NCBI GenBank assembly: GCA_044239895.1
Contig: JBIIAM010000001.1
Location: forward strand, 478,401-542,400
Reading direction: 5' to 3'
Source of the DNA: Acidimicrobiales bacterium
Lineage (GTDB): Bacteria > Actinomycetota > Acidimicrobiia > Acidimicrobiales > Acidimicrobilacustridaceae
Length of the DNA stretch: 64,000 bases
The notes under the pieces were generated by a model, which saw only the letters and a program-made list of their open reading frames with translations, made no database searches and had not been told where the DNA came from. The stretch's first letter is position 1. Each line of letters opens with the position of its first letter. This document shows positions 1 through 10,606 of this stretch, one piece after another. The position numbers were made by a program, and so were the translations under genes.

Positions 1-178
1 CGCCCATGTTGCCGATCTGCTCGTCGAGAATCACGAGATCGGGTTCGAGTTGGTCGATCGCCTGGAGGACGTCGATGCCCTGTCGGACGCGGAACACCGT
101 GGTGTCATCGTCGGACAATGCAGCGTCGACCTCGTCGAGGATCCAGTCGGCATCGGTAGCCAGCAGTACTTTCGGCAC
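1..178 (-). CDS. response regulator receiver-domain protein, N-terminal part only (gene runs off the left edge)
   Basis: The reverse-strand frame reads VPKVLLATDADWILDEVDAALSDDDTTVFRVRQGIDVLQAIDQLEPDLVILDEQIGNMG, a CheY-like receiver pattern. It is absent from the ORF track because it is truncated. I took the GTG at 176-178 as the start; an in-frame GTG at 290-292 is also possible. Confidence 0.55.
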   Translation of the reverse strand, partial: MPKVLLATDADWILDEVDAALSDDDTTVFRVRQGIDVLQAIDQLEPDLVILDEQIGNMG

Positions 179-351
179 GAGGCCGAGGCTACCGGTTCGG
201 CCCGAGGCTGCCCAACCGCGGCATGGGTCGCGGATCGGGATATCCGGAGCTTCCGGGACCCCGCTTTTGCTGATGGGGGCTGGTGCGGCCACGATGAGAC
301 GTACGAATCCTGATCCACTCCGGTCAGGATGTCCTTTCCCGGAGGCGCGCC

Positions 352-1701
352 TTGCTCAAGCGGTCGAAGTTCAGTGCGGTGCTCGCCGTCTCGGCGCTTG
401 TTTGTGTTGCTCTCGGCCTTCTCGGTTCAGCCGGAAGTGCAATGGCCCAAGAGGCCCCATCCCCCGAAGCTCGGGTGACATCGGGAGCGACAGCCATTGC
501 CGACGACGCCGGCTTCGTCTCCATCATCAAGGTAAGCGGACTCATCGATCCAGTCCTCGCCGATTTCATCTCGTCGTCGATCACGAAGGCCGAAAGCGAA
601 GGCGCTCTTTCGCTCGTACTTCAGGTCAACTCGACCGGTGTCGTGGTGAGCGACGCTGTCCTCATTGATCTCCTCCGTCAGATGCAGAGTTCGAACGTCC
701 CCATCGGCATCTGGGTCGGCCCGTCGGGCTCGCGACTGACGGGACCTGCCGCACAGTTTGTCGGTGCAGCCGCTCAGGTCGGCATGGCCCCGGGAACGCG
801 ACTCGGCAACGCGGGCGAGCCGCTCATCGCTGGTCTCGACATGAAACGACTCGCCCCACTTATCGACAACACCGTGAGCAATCAGGAAGCGGCGGATCTC
901 GGTATCACGACGCTCAATGCGCCGACAGTTGGCGATTATCTCGTGAACTCACCGGGCGTGAAGACCCGTGAAATCACAGCAGAAAATGGCGAAACTCGCC
1001 GCGAGCCGCTCACGCAGGTTCGCTTCGGGCAGATCTCGCTGGTTGCGCAGTTGATGCACACGGTTGCGAGTCCGGCAGTTTCGTATCTCTTGCTCACGAT
1101 CGGCCTCGCGCTCATCATCTTTGAATTGTTTACCGCCGGCGTCGGCGTTGCGGGCGTTGTCGGTGCGGTGTCGCTAATCCTCTCCGGATATGGCCTTGCG
1201 GTATTGCCGACGAACTGGTGGGCAGTGGCGTTGATCTTCGCGGCGATGATCGCGTTTGCGATCGACGTTCAGACAGGCATCCCGAGGTTCTGGACTGGTG
1301 CCGGTGTGGTTCTGTACGTGATCGGTTCATTCACGCTCTTCGACGGACTCTCACTCTCGTGGGTCACGCTGCTGGTGGGCGTGGTCTCGGTGCTGCTCGC
1401 GTTCCTGGCGGGCATGCCATCAATGGTCCGAACCCGCTTCTCCACCCCGACGATCGGGCGCGAATGGATGATCGGGGAGATCGGTCGTGCCGTTTCTGCG
1501 GTCAATCCCGACGGGGTCGTTCAGATCCGGGAAGCGCTCTGGCGAGCGTCGACCAACCGGGCGACGCCGATCGAGGAACTTGACCGGATCCGCGTGATTG
1601 GCATCGATGGATTGGTCCTCGAGGTCGAGCCCGAAGAGGGTGGCGCCAAGGACTATCGGGACCGTTCACCCCGTTCCGGAGCCGACATTCCGGCGGAGTG
1701 A
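352..1701 (+). CDS. NfeD-family membrane-bound serine protease (ClpP class)
   Basis: 449 aa with an N-terminal signal peptide and a ClpP-like soluble domain (IIKVSGLIDPVLADFI). Several TM helices sit in the middle, and the C-terminal segment resembles the NfeD OB fold (DGVVQIREALWRAS). Confidence 0.75.
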   Translation: MLKRSKFSAVLAVSALVCVALGLLGSAGSAMAQEAPSPEARVTSGATAIADDAGFVSIIKVSGLIDPVLADFISSSITKAESEGALSLVLQVNSTGVVVSDAVLIDLLRQMQSSNVPIGIWVGPSGSRLTGPAAQFVGAAAQVGMAPGTRLGNAGEPLIAGLDMKRLAPLIDNTVSNQEAADLGITTLNAPTVGDYLVNSPGVKTREITAENGETRREPLTQVRFGQISLVAQLMHTVASPAVSYLLLTIGLALIIFELFTAGVGVAGVVGAVSLILSGYGLAVLPTNWWAVALIFAAMIAFAIDVQTGIPRFWTGAGVVLYVIGSFTLFDGLSLSWVTLLVGVVSVLLAFLAGMPSMVRTRFSTPTIGREWMIGEIGRAVSAVNPDGVVQIREALWRASTNRATPIEELDRIRVIGIDGLVLEVEPEEGGAKDYRDRSPRSGADIPAE

Positions 1702-1775
1702 CATTTGTCGCATTTCGTCTTGCTTGGTGGCGGCCAGACAGGTACGGTCGCCCTCAGAGGGGAGGCGGAGTATCC

Positions 1776-2039
1776 GTGAGTGCACAATCCGTAGAAGAGA
1801 ACTGGCAGCTCAAGGCGGCATGCCGGGGACCGCAGGCAGTGGTGTTCTTTCCACCGCCGCAGTTCGAACGCAAGGAAGACAAGCTCTACCGGGAAAGCCG
1901 GGCGAAGGAGATCTGCTCCGATTGCGGCGTTCGTCGGGATTGCCTTGAGTATGCGATCGAGATCCGCGAACCCCATGGCATTTGGGGTGGCTTGAACGAA
2001 ATGGAGCGTAAACCGCTCCTGACGGAACGGGTGAGTTAG
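1776..2039 (+). CDS. whiB: WhiB-family transcriptional regulator
   Basis: Four Cys in WhiB spacing (AACRG ... CSDCGVRRDC) followed by the GIWGG turn motif. I chose the in-frame GTG at 1776 because a GGAGG-like sequence lies at 1761-1770; the track ORF starts further upstream. Confidence 0.85.
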   Translation: MSAQSVEENWQLKAACRGPQAVVFFPPPQFERKEDKLYRESRAKEICSDCGVRRDCLEYAIEIREPHGIWGGLNEMERKPLLTERVS

Positions 2040-2219
2040 TCCCTCGTCAGCCGTAAGGCCTGCGACATTCGTTCGGGGGGACGAATGCTCGCTGCATACC
2101 CAGCGTCGGAATCGGCTTGCCCGGTCCGGCGCTGGGGTTTTTTTGCCGCCGCATCGGCAAACGCTGGTGGCCAGATCGCCCGGGAGATTTGGTCGTCGGC
2201 AGGTAGAATCGCCCTCGTG

Positions 2220-2699
2220 ATGTTCGCGCTGCTCTTCGTTTTCGTGATCGGGCCGCTGATCGAGTTGTATGCCCTCGTCACGGTGGCGGGTTGGATCGGT
2301 TGGTTCCCGGCGCTGGCGTTGCTGGCGGCGATGAGCCTCTTCGGGGCATGGCTGGTCAAGCGTGAGGGGCTTGGCGTCATGCGTCGGATGCAGGAAAGCG
2401 CTGGTCGTGGCGAGGTGCCCGCGAATCAGGTCGTCGACGGTGGACTGCTGCTTCTTGCTGGCTGCCTGTGCATCGTCCCCGGTTTCGTCACCGGAACCGT
2501 CGGTCTGCTCCTTCTGGTGCCGCCGATCCGTGTCGTTGTGCGGAACTGCCTGGTCCCTCGTTGGACCGGGGCCATGCGCGTGCCCGGGTTCAGTCGGTTC
2601 ACGCGGGCCTCGGTGGTTAACGTCGAGTACATCGGCGACATCACGCCGAATCGCACGGAGCCATCGACGCCAATCGAGCTGGGCCCGGCAAATGACTGA
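2220..2699 (+). CDS. fxsA: FxsA-family membrane protein
   Basis: MFALLFVFVIGPLIELYALVTVAGWIGW... matches the typical FxsA N-terminus. I used the internal ATG at 2220 instead of the longer track ORF. The 3' end overlaps the next start. Confidence 0.7.
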   Translation: MFALLFVFVIGPLIELYALVTVAGWIGWFPALALLAAMSLFGAWLVKREGLGVMRRMQESAGRGEVPANQVVDGGLLLLAGCLCIVPGFVTGTVGLLLLVPPIRVVVRNCLVPRWTGAMRVPGFSRFTRASVVNVEYIGDITPNRTEPSTPIELGPAND

Positions 2700-3579
2700 G
2701 AGGCCCGATGCCGGCAACTCCGCCGACGAATCCATCGAGGGCGCAGACAAAATCGAAACGGCACCGCCGCTGATTGCTGGTGTGCCCCGCGCGTTGTCCC
2801 CGCTGGTGCGTCGAATCGTCGCCCCAAATCCGGGCAAGATGACGGGCCCGGGAACCAACACTTATCTCGTGGGCCTCGACGAGATCGCAGTCATCGATCC
2901 CGGTCCCGATATGGCCGAGCACATCGATGCAATCGTCGATTGCGGCGGCGATCGCATCCGCTGGATCCTGTGCACTCACACCCACCTTGACCACTCACCC
3001 GGCGCAGCCGCCCTCAAGGCCGCCACCGGGGCGAAGGTCATGGCGTTCGGCAATCGCGACGGACTCAAGGTCGACAAGCGGATCGCTCAGGGCTCACAGA
3101 TCGAAGCGACCGAATTCCGGCTCACTGCGCAGCACACGCCCGGCCACGCGTCGAACCACCTCTGCTATCTCCTCGAGGAGGAGCGCATGCTCTTCTCGGG
3201 TGATCACGTCATGCAGGGCTCCACCGTCGTCATCAAGCCCCCTGACGGCGACATGGCGGCCTATCTCGACTCGCTGGCCAAGGTTCGGGCGCTTCGGCTT
3301 CAATCGATTGCTCCGGGTCACGGCCAATTGATCGAAGACCCGGACCACGTCATCGACTGGTACATCGCCCATCGACTCGAACGTGAGGCTGATGTGATCG
3401 CCGCGCTCGGCGCGGCCGGCTCGGCGAAGATCAGCGCACTCGTGGAAACGATCTACGTCGGGCTCGATCCGGAACTCGTTCCCATGGCACAACGCAGCGT
3501 GCATGCACACCTACTCAAGCTCGCGGCCGAAGGTAGGGCGACGGGAAAAACTCTCGCCGGAACATGGACGTCGGTCTGA
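2692..3579 (+). CDS. MBL-fold metallo-hydrolase
   Basis: Contains the HxHxDH motif (CTHTHLDHSPGAAAL) plus downstream His/Asp ligands. I chose the ATG at 2692 (MTERPD); the upstream part of the track ORF is a shadow of fxsA. Confidence 0.8.
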   Translation: MTERPDAGNSADESIEGADKIETAPPLIAGVPRALSPLVRRIVAPNPGKMTGPGTNTYLVGLDEIAVIDPGPDMAEHIDAIVDCGGDRIRWILCTHTHLDHSPGAAALKAATGAKVMAFGNRDGLKVDKRIAQGSQIEATEFRLTAQHTPGHASNHLCYLLEEERMLFSGDHVMQGSTVVIKPPDGDMAAYLDSLAKVRALRLQSIAPGHGQLIEDPDHVIDWYIAHRLEREADVIAALGAAGSAKISALVETIYVGLDPELVPMAQRSVHAHLLKLAAEGRATGKTLAGTWTSV

Positions 3580-3593
3580 CGTTCGCTGAACTG

Positions 3594-4949
3594 TTAGTCC
3601 GGCGGTCGGTCGGGGAACCGATCGAAGCGGGCGAGTTGTGGGAACGAGATCACCCAGATCCCGACGACGCCGAGTGTTGCGATGCCGCCGAATACGACGG
3701 CGCCGGCCGTGCCGATGATCTGTCCGAGAACGCCGGACTCGAAGGCACCGAGTTCATTTGATGCGCCGAGGAACACCCCCTCCACTGCCATAACGCGTCC
3801 GCGCGCAGCATTCGGCGTCACCAGCGGAACGAGAGTGGAGCGAATGAACACGCTCACCGAATCTGCGGCACTGAGTAGGACCATCGCAATGAAGGCGACC
3901 ATGAAACTGTGCGTAAGGCCCAGCACGATGGTGAAGATGCCGAACAGTGCCACCGTGGTGAACAGGATCGGACCGACATGGCGGCGTAGCGGTCGGGTGC
4001 TCAGCCACACAGTCACGGCGGCTGCACCGATACCGCCCGCGGCGCGGAGCCAACCGAGACCGACGGCGTCGACATGCAACCGCTTCTCGGCGATGGCCGG
4101 AAGCAGCGCGACCGCACCACCGAAGAGGACGGCGAACAGATCGAGCGAGATCGCCCCGAGGAGGATGGGATTCCCCCGGATGACTCGTATGCCCTCGAAC
4201 GCTTCGTGCCAGCGACTTTTGGACGGCGAATTGTCAGTCGCGTCGGTCTGGGTGCTTCCGTTGTCCCCAACGACCTCCGGGGGGCTGCTGATCTCGGCGG
4301 CGTAGGCCTCACCGGTGACGTCAAGCAGTTCAGCGGGGCGACTCTCGTCGCTGAGTGCAACGAGCGAAGCCGATGCGGGGCCGGCGACGGATGCGGGGCC
4401 GGCGTCGGCATGATCGCGTTGCGGGCGGGCGAATTGGATGGCGATAGCGCCGAGTCCGGCGAGCACCATGCAGGCGTAGAAGGGCCACGACGGAGCGCCG
4501 ATGTAGAGGAAGCCGGCCATGACCGGACCCACGATGATTGCGGTTTGCCAGCCGGCGACATTGAATGCCACGAGTCGGGGAAGTCCGCCGGGTGGAGCGA
4601 TGTCGGCCGGCAGCGATCGCAAAGCCGGATTGACGAAGGCACGCGAAGTCCCGAACGCGATGACGAGAGCAAAGATCGGCCACGTCGCCGTGTTGCCAGT
4701 GGTGGCGTACCAGGCAAGTCCTCCAGAGGCTGCGACTTCGCCGATGAGTCCGAGACTCACGAGTCGGCGGCGATCGAAACGGTCGGCGAGGGAACCAGTG
4801 ACCGTCATTAGCAACATCGCGGGAACGAACTCGGCGAGACCGAGCAGGCCGAGATCGAGATCGCGACCCGAAAGGTCGTAGAGCTGTTTGCCGAGAGCGG
4901 TTACTTGGGCAACGGCCGCCATCGTCGCGACGAGCGACGTGAAGAGCAA
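3594..4949 (-). CDS. MFS transporter
   Basis: 451 aa with about 12 predicted TM helices. A long Ala/Ser/Pro-rich central loop separates the two 6-TM halves. Confidence 0.8.
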   Translation of the reverse strand: MLFTSLVATMAAVAQVTALGKQLYDLSGRDLDLGLLGLAEFVPAMLLMTVTGSLADRFDRRRLVSLGLIGEVAASGGLAWYATTGNTATWPIFALVIAFGTSRAFVNPALRSLPADIAPPGGLPRLVAFNVAGWQTAIIVGPVMAGFLYIGAPSWPFYACMVLAGLGAIAIQFARPQRDHADAGPASVAGPASASLVALSDESRPAELLDVTGEAYAAEISSPPEVVGDNGSTQTDATDNSPSKSRWHEAFEGIRVIRGNPILLGAISLDLFAVLFGGAVALLPAIAEKRLHVDAVGLGWLRAAGGIGAAAVTVWLSTRPLRRHVGPILFTTVALFGIFTIVLGLTHSFMVAFIAMVLLSAADSVSVFIRSTLVPLVTPNAARGRVMAVEGVFLGASNELGAFESGVLGQIIGTAGAVVFGGIATLGVVGIWVISFPQLARFDRFPDRPPD

Positions 4950-5046
4950 TGCGCGTACCGATCGCTGACGAAGCAGATCGCGGGCGGAAGGAATTGTTTC
5001 GACGATTTCGGAACGCTACCGGTCGGGAGTCAGTTGTTCGAAGGAC

Positions 5047-6177
5047 TCAGTGCTCGACGCGGTACTCGAAGCCGTCAGCAGTGGGCCTGCGTTCGGCTTT
5101 GCCGGCCAGACGAAGGTGCTCAAGATGTGCGGCGGTTTCGCTGTCGGCCATTGGGCCGCGACTACGGACGGAGAACAAGGACTCCGACCATTTGGGAACT
5201 GCCGCCCAACCTGTTTCATCGGCGGCGTCGACGAGGAACTGCAACCGGCTCGCGTGATGGTCCTTGATCTCCTGACAACGTCCGGCCAGATTGCCAAACG
5301 GATGCCCGTGGGCGGGGAGCACTTGGGTGATGCCCTCGAGCGCCGCGACCTTGTCGAGATTGAGGAGATAGTTGGAAAGGGGATCGCCGCCCATGAAGCC
5401 AGCGATATGCGGCGTGATCGTGGGAAGAACATGATCGCCAGACAACAGCACGCCGTCTTCGGGCGACCACATGCACAGATGGTCGTGGGTGTGGCCCGGG
5501 GTGAAGACCGCAACCCAGTCGCGGTCTCCGAGTCGGACAACGTCAGCATCATCAACGACGATCGTCGGGCGAGGTGCTTTCATCCACGACAGTTCCTCGA
5601 TGCGTCCGTCGGCGATTGCTTCTCGGATCCGATTCCGAAACGCCTTGAATCCGGGGAATTGCTGTTCCATGTCCTCTTCGTCGGTGTTCGAGATCGCGTC
5701 GAGGATCGTGCCCGCTTCAGAGGCATCGGCGGGATCGAGAGGTTCGAGCGGGGTCTCCTCAAGATCGAGCAGATCGGTCCACTTCCGGAACATGGTCGAT
5801 GTGAGGACTTCCGCGTTGCATTCCTCAATGAGCCGATGGGCGCCGCCGAAATGATCGGGATGGGAATGAGTGATGTAGGTGGTGTGCACCCGCTTGAGCG
5901 GAATGCCGGCATCGCGCAGTCGAACCTGCAGCGCTTCCCACGAAGCATCGGTAGGCAATCCGGGATCGACGAGCGTGAATCCTCGCGAGTCTTCGATGGC
6001 GTACGTGTTGACGTGGCCGAGACCGGTGAAGTCTGTCGGCAACTGGAGGCGAAGGATGCCGCGGGCCACCTCGATGATCTCGGTCGATGCGTCTTCCTGC
6101 TCCTGGCGCGGAACGCGCACAGCAGGGACGGCATCGCCATGCGAATGGTCGGTGTGATCGTGTTGTTCCCCCATCAC
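5047..6177 (-). CDS. MBL-fold metallo-hydrolase
   Basis: 376 aa with the HxHxDH motif (ITHSHPDHFGGA) and later His ligands (TPGHTHDH, PAHGH). Confidence 0.8.
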   Translation of the reverse strand: MMGEQHDHTDHSHGDAVPAVRVPRQEQEDASTEIIEVARGILRLQLPTDFTGLGHVNTYAIEDSRGFTLVDPGLPTDASWEALQVRLRDAGIPLKRVHTTYITHSHPDHFGGAHRLIEECNAEVLTSTMFRKWTDLLDLEETPLEPLDPADASEAGTILDAISNTDEEDMEQQFPGFKAFRNRIREAIADGRIEELSWMKAPRPTIVVDDADVVRLGDRDWVAVFTPGHTHDHLCMWSPEDGVLLSGDHVLPTITPHIAGFMGGDPLSNYLLNLDKVAALEGITQVLPAHGHPFGNLAGRCQEIKDHHASRLQFLVDAADETGWAAVPKWSESLFSVRSRGPMADSETAAHLEHLRLAGKAERRPTADGFEYRVEH

Positions 6178-6211
6178 CAGTCGACCCTACCGGGTGGGAG
6201 CGGGACTGAGT

Positions 6212-6769
6212 TCAGGCCGAGGGCGATGGCGGATCGGCAAGAACGCAGAACGAGTCACGGTAGTAGCGGAGCTCGGCGACGCTTTCGCGGATGTCATCGA
6301 GAGCACGATGACCCTCGGCCTTGGGTGGCGCCGCCCCCAGAAGCGTGGGATTCCAGCGCTTCATCAGTTCTTTGAGAGTCGAAACGTCGACCGATCGGTA
6401 GTGGAGGAAGTTCTCGATCTCTGGGAGATAGACGCTGAGAAACCGACGATCGGTACCGATGGAGTTGCCACACAGCGGCACCGTTCTCGGCTTTGCGATG
6501 TGTTCCTTAAGGAAGGCCAGAGTCGCTTCGCCGGCCTCCTCGAGCGAGATGGTGGATCGTTGGATCTCCGGAAGAAGCCCGCTGCGGGTATGCATCCCCA
6601 CGACGACATCATCCATGAGTGCGAGGGCTTCAGCCGGTTGATGGATGACGAGGTCGGGACCTTCGGCGATGAGTTCAAGATTGTCATCGGTGAGGAGGGT
6701 CGCGATTTCGACGATCACGTTCCGATCGGTGTCGAGACCGGTCATTTCGAGATCCATCCAGGCGAGCAC
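6212..6769 (-). CDS. orn: oligoribonuclease
   Basis: Shows DEDDh exonuclease motifs in the typical Orn arrangement: [21 protein letters not shown] and [13 protein letters not shown]. Confidence 0.9.
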   Translation of the reverse strand: MLAWMDLEMTGLDTDRNVIVEIATLLTDDNLELIAEGPDLVIHQPAEALALMDDVVVGMHTRSGLLPEIQRSTISLEEAGEATLAFLKEHIAKPRTVPLCGNSIGTDRRFLSVYLPEIENFLHYRSVDVSTLKELMKRWNPTLLGAAPPKAEGHRALDDIRESVAELRYYRDSFCVLADPPSPSA

Positions 6770-6813
6770 GGCGAAAGCCTACGCAGGTCTCGGACGGGTC
6801 CTACGATCCTGTC

Positions 6814-7260
6814 GTGATCGAGATTCCCGCTGTGCGCCTTGACCAGGATCTGCCCTTGCCCGTGTACGCCCGCATGGGCGATGCCGGCCTCGATCTTGTG
6901 GCCCGCGAATCAGTGACTATCGCCTGTGCCGGTGGTCGGGCTCTCGTCCCCACCGGCGTTGCTGTCGCGATCCCAGAAGGGTTCGCCGGCTTCGTCCAGC
7001 CCAGGAGCGGACTCGCCCTGAAACACGGCGTGACATGCCTCAACACGCCGGGGCTCATCGATAGCGGCTACCGAGGTGAGCTCAAGGTGCTGTTGATCAA
7101 CACGGACCCGACCGAGCCGTTCGAGGTGGTGCGCGGCGAACGGATCGCGCAGCTTGTTGTGCAACGAGTCGAGCATGTTGTTCTCGAATCGGTTGAGGCG
7201 TTCGACGATCTCGACACCACCGAACGCGGACAGGGCGGGTTCGGTCACACGGGAAACTGA
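6814..7260 (+). CDS. dut: dUTP diphosphatase
   Basis: Carries the dUTPase motifs [24 protein letters not shown] and the C-terminal [10 protein letters not shown]. Confidence 0.9.
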   Translation: MIEIPAVRLDQDLPLPVYARMGDAGLDLVARESVTIACAGGRALVPTGVAVAIPEGFAGFVQPRSGLALKHGVTCLNTPGLIDSGYRGELKVLLINTDPTEPFEVVRGERIAQLVVQRVEHVVLESVEAFDDLDTTERGQGGFGHTGN

Positions 7261-7315
7261 CGCGCCGGTCTTTGCCGCCCGTCTAAACGAGCGAACGACG
7301 CGTTCGCACGGAGAC

Positions 7316-9679
7316 TCAGTCGACCGCAGAATTCGTGTTGGCGGCGGCCCGCAATCCCAGACGGAAACTGATCTCGACCGCCGCAGCGCCGATGGCACCC
7401 ATTCCGATGGCCGCGATAAGCAGGGTCCGCTCAGGTAGTGGAAGTTCGAAATAGTTCCGGAACCATGGAATCGAGAGAGCGCCGATGAACGCGGCGGTCA
7501 TGGCGGCGACGAGAGCGCCCTTGGCACGAGTGAGTGGTCGACAAAGAATCTCGAGAATCCAAATGGCGACTGTGAAGAGCGTGACGACGGCGACTGATCG
7601 GCCGGTTTCGAGATCGGTTTCCGATCGAGCGATCAGGAACGCAGTGAGTGTTGTGACCGCCGCGATGACGCCAGATGGAATGGCGAAGCGCAAGACGCGC
7701 CGAAGGAAATGAGGCAGGGCTCGTCTGGCGTTGGGAGTCAGGGCGAGGAAGAAGCCGGGGATTCCGATGGTCAGCGACGAGATGATGGTGAAGTGGCGCG
7801 GAAGGAAAGGGAACGGAACCCGACCGAGGCCCACTGCGATTGCAAGGAATGCGGCGTAGAAGGTCTTTGAGAGGAACAGGTTCGCAACCCGCTCCACGTT
7901 GGCAATGACTCGTCGACCTTCGTCCACCACCGAGGGGAATACTGCGAAGTCGTTGTCGAGAAGTACGAAGCGGGCGACCGCACGGGCCGCCGCGGAACCG
8001 GAACCCATTGCGACGCCGACGTCAGCGTCCTTGAGCGCGAGCGTGTCGTTGACGCCGTCGCCAGTCATTGCGACGGTATGTCCGCGCGATTGCAGGGCAT
8101 GGACCATGGCGCGCTTCTGTTGCGGAGTGACTCGACCAAAGACCGAGTGCGACTCCATGATGTCGGCGAGTGCTTCCTGATCATCAGGAAGTGTCCGCGC
8201 ATCGATGGGATTGTCAGCACCGGGTACGCCAACGCGTGTTGCCACTGCACCGACGGTCACGGGACTGTCGCCGGAAATGACCTTGACGAGAACGTCTTGC
8301 TGGCCGAAGTACGCAATCGTCGCCGGCGCGGCCTCGCGCAGGCGTTCGTCCAGAACGACGAGCGCGGCAGGCTGGAGAAGTTCCGGGAGAACTTCGGCGC
8401 TGAGTCCGCTTGGCGATTGAGCGAGGAGCAGCACGCGCCGACCCGCGCTCGCGTAGTGGTTTAGTCGCTCACGGATGACCGACAGCCTGTCGTCATCGGG
8501 AGCCTGATCAAGAAGGATGTCGGGAGCACCGAGGAACCATGAGCCATGCCCATCAAACGTTGCCGCGCTCCATTTTCGGGCTGACGAGAACGGCACCACA
8601 GCGGTAACGGCCCAGGATGGTGGAGTCGAATACTCGGCGACGACCGCGGCGAGGCTGGGATTGGGATGATCGTCGGCGGCTCCGAGAGCTCCGAGGACCG
8701 AACCGACGTCGACCGGTTCTGCATCGTCCGGAGCAAGATGCTCAACCGTCGCGAGTGTGAGAGATCCCTCGGTCAAGGTTCCCGTCTTGTCGACGCAGAT
8801 GACGTCAACGCGAGCGAGTCCTTCGATGGCGGCAAGTTCCTGCGTGAGTACGTTCTTGCGCGCGAGGCGGGTTGCCCCGAGTGCGAAAGCGATGCTGGTG
8901 AGCAGCACCAGACCTTCGGGGACCATAGCGACAAGCCCCGCCACCGATCCCTGAATGGCGGCGACGAATCCATCGTGTGTGGCGAGTTGCGACGAGACCA
9001 GCAGTATCGAGGCGGGAATCATCATCCAACCGATAACGGTGATGACTCGGTTGATGCCATTGCGCAACTCGCTCTTTACAAGTGAGAACTGTCGGGCTTC
9101 GCTCGAAAGTTTGAACGCATACGAATTGGCTCCGACTGCGGTAGCTCGAATGGCGCCATTGCCGGCGACAACGAAACTCCCGGACATAACTGAATCACCA
9201 ACCGCCTTCTCGACGGGTTCGGCTTCGCCGGTGAGTAGCGACTCGTCGATCTCCATGCCGGAACCGTCGACAACTTCACCGTCAACCGCGATCTGGTCAC
9301 CGAGGCTGAGAATGATCACATCATCAAGAACAAGATCCTTTGATGGGATGTGCGTGTCGATCCCATCGCGCCGCACGGTCGATGTCGGCGCATTCAGCAC
9401 GGCAAGCCGATCAAGTGACCGCTTCGACTGAAGTTCTTGGACTATGCCGATGAGTGCATTCGAAACAAGGACGAAGCCGAACAGCCCGTCGGCATATTCG
9501 CCGATAGCGATGATGACGAGGAGCAGAATGCCGAGTAGCGCGTTGAACGGCGTGAAGACATTGGCTCGGATGATCTGTCGAGTGGTCCTACTCGTGAGAC
9601 TCGGAGCGTCGTTCGTATCGCCGCAAGCCTGACGATCGGCGACCTCGGCCGCGCTCAGCCCACGAATAGTTGTCGACAT
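7316..9679 (-). CDS. cation-transporting P-type ATPase (P2-like, non-heavy-metal)
   Basis: 787 aa with the TGE loop (LTGEAEPV), the phosphorylation site (CVDKTGTLT) and the hinge (MTGDGVNDTLALKDADVGVAMG). There is no CPC motif or metal-binding domain. Confidence 0.85.
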   Translation of the reverse strand: MSTTIRGLSAAEVADRQACGDTNDAPSLTSRTTRQIIRANVFTPFNALLGILLLVIIAIGEYADGLFGFVLVSNALIGIVQELQSKRSLDRLAVLNAPTSTVRRDGIDTHIPSKDLVLDDVIILSLGDQIAVDGEVVDGSGMEIDESLLTGEAEPVEKAVGDSVMSGSFVVAGNGAIRATAVGANSYAFKLSSEARQFSLVKSELRNGINRVITVIGWMMIPASILLVSSQLATHDGFVAAIQGSVAGLVAMVPEGLVLLTSIAFALGATRLARKNVLTQELAAIEGLARVDVICVDKTGTLTEGSLTLATVEHLAPDDAEPVDVGSVLGALGAADDHPNPSLAAVVAEYSTPPSWAVTAVVPFSSARKWSAATFDGHGSWFLGAPDILLDQAPDDDRLSVIRERLNHYASAGRRVLLLAQSPSGLSAEVLPELLQPAALVVLDERLREAAPATIAYFGQQDVLVKVISGDSPVTVGAVATRVGVPGADNPIDARTLPDDQEALADIMESHSVFGRVTPQQKRAMVHALQSRGHTVAMTGDGVNDTLALKDADVGVAMGSGSAAARAVARFVLLDNDFAVFPSVVDEGRRVIANVERVANLFLSKTFYAAFLAIAVGLGRVPFPFLPRHFTIISSLTIGIPGFFLALTPNARRALPHFLRRVLRFAIPSGVIAAVTTLTAFLIARSETDLETGRSVAVVTLFTVAIWILEILCRPLTRAKGALVAAMTAAFIGALSIPWFRNYFELPLPERTLLIAAIGMGAIGAAAVEISFRLGLRAAANTNSAVD

Positions 9680-9688
9680 GTCCGCAGA

Positions 9689-10117
9689 TCAGTCTGCAGG
9701 GACAACAACGACTGGGCAGGGAGCGTGGGTCACACATTGCTGGCTAACCGAGCCGAGAAGGAGTCCGGCGAATCCGCCGTGGCCGCGCGCACCCACGACG
9801 AGGAGATCGGCATCTTTCGCGGCTTCGAGAAGAGCGGCAGCCGGTGAACCCTCTGCGACAAGGATCATCACGGGCGCTTCGTCGGTGGCGACGATTCCCT
9901 CGTCGGCGATGGTCGCAACGAGAGCTCGTTCTGACTCGCCGCCGAGATCCTCAGAGGTGGGCATTGCTCCGAACGCAGGCAATGTCGTCGTGATGGGAAA
10001 CTGCCACACCGTCACGACCTCAAGTTCACAGTTGCGAATAATCGACTCGCGGTGTGCCCATCGGAGCGCGGCGCGCGATCCCTTTGAACTGTCGACGCCG
10101 ACAACGATCTTGTTCAT
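9689..10117 (-). CDS. universal stress protein
   Basis: 142 aa with MNKIVVGVDSS at the N-terminus and the UspA ATP-binding tail VVGARGHGGFAGLLLGSVSQQCVTHAPCPVVVV. Confidence 0.85.
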   Translation of the reverse strand: MNKIVVGVDSSKGSRAALRWAHRESIIRNCELEVVTVWQFPITTTLPAFGAMPTSEDLGGESERALVATIADEGIVATDEAPVMILVAEGSPAAALLEAAKDADLLVVGARGHGGFAGLLLGSVSQQCVTHAPCPVVVVPAD

Positions 10118-10138
10118 CGAAACTCCTGGAGGCTCTGG

Positions 10139-10606
10139 TTACGGCTTGGGAATGGGAACAAGAAGAACCGGTACATGCGATCGCCGGACGACTTCTTCAG
10201 CGACGCTTCCGACAAGAAGATGATGAAGCCCACCATGCCCGTGTGTGCCAAGGACGATGTGGGTCGCGTTGAGTTGGTGTGAGGCTTCCAGAAGCGTCTG
10301 TGCTGTCGGACCAAGGAGGACGACTGCGTGGATGTCGATTCCGGTTGCTGCACTGAGCCCCTCGGCGAGTTCGCGCAACCGGCGGTGTTCATCGGTCAAC
10401 TCGCCGGCCCGAACCTGGCGGGTGAACGGGCTGATGTCCTCTTTGTCGTAGCCGGCCAGAATCGGCTCGCCGGCCGCAATGTGGACGAGGTGCAGGGTTC
10501 CCCCGGAGGCTCGAGCGAGCCCCATGCCTTCACTCACGATGCGGTCGGTCTGATCCGAGAAGTCGACTGAGGCCATGACATCGCCCGCCAAATGTGAGGT
10601 CGTCAT
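10139..10606 (-). CDS. universal stress protein
   Basis: 155 aa with the UspA tail motif VLGTHGHGGLHHLLVGSVAEEVVRRSHVPVLLV. It lies in tandem with the preceding USP. Confidence 0.85.
   Translation of the reverse strand: MTTSHLAGDVMASVDFSDQTDRIVSEGMGLARASGGTLHLVHIAAGEPILAGYDKEDISPFTRQVRAGELTDEHRRLRELAEGLSAATGIDIHAVVLLGPTAQTLLEASHQLNATHIVLGTHGHGGLHHLLVGSVAEEVVRRSHVPVLLVPIPKP

Noticed and set aside
1653-2861. Long antisense or alternative-frame ORFs. Examples: 1653-2861(-), 5050-6375(+), 22180-23169(-), 26019-26735(-), 36097-36798(-), 37976-38872(-), 39863-40834(-), 42683-43552(+), 61551-62717(-).
   Set aside because: They are typical high-GC shadow ORFs. They overlap genes with clear family motifs on the other strand or frame. 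Their translations are Arg/Pro/Ser/Gly-rich low-complexity strings with no recognisable motifs.
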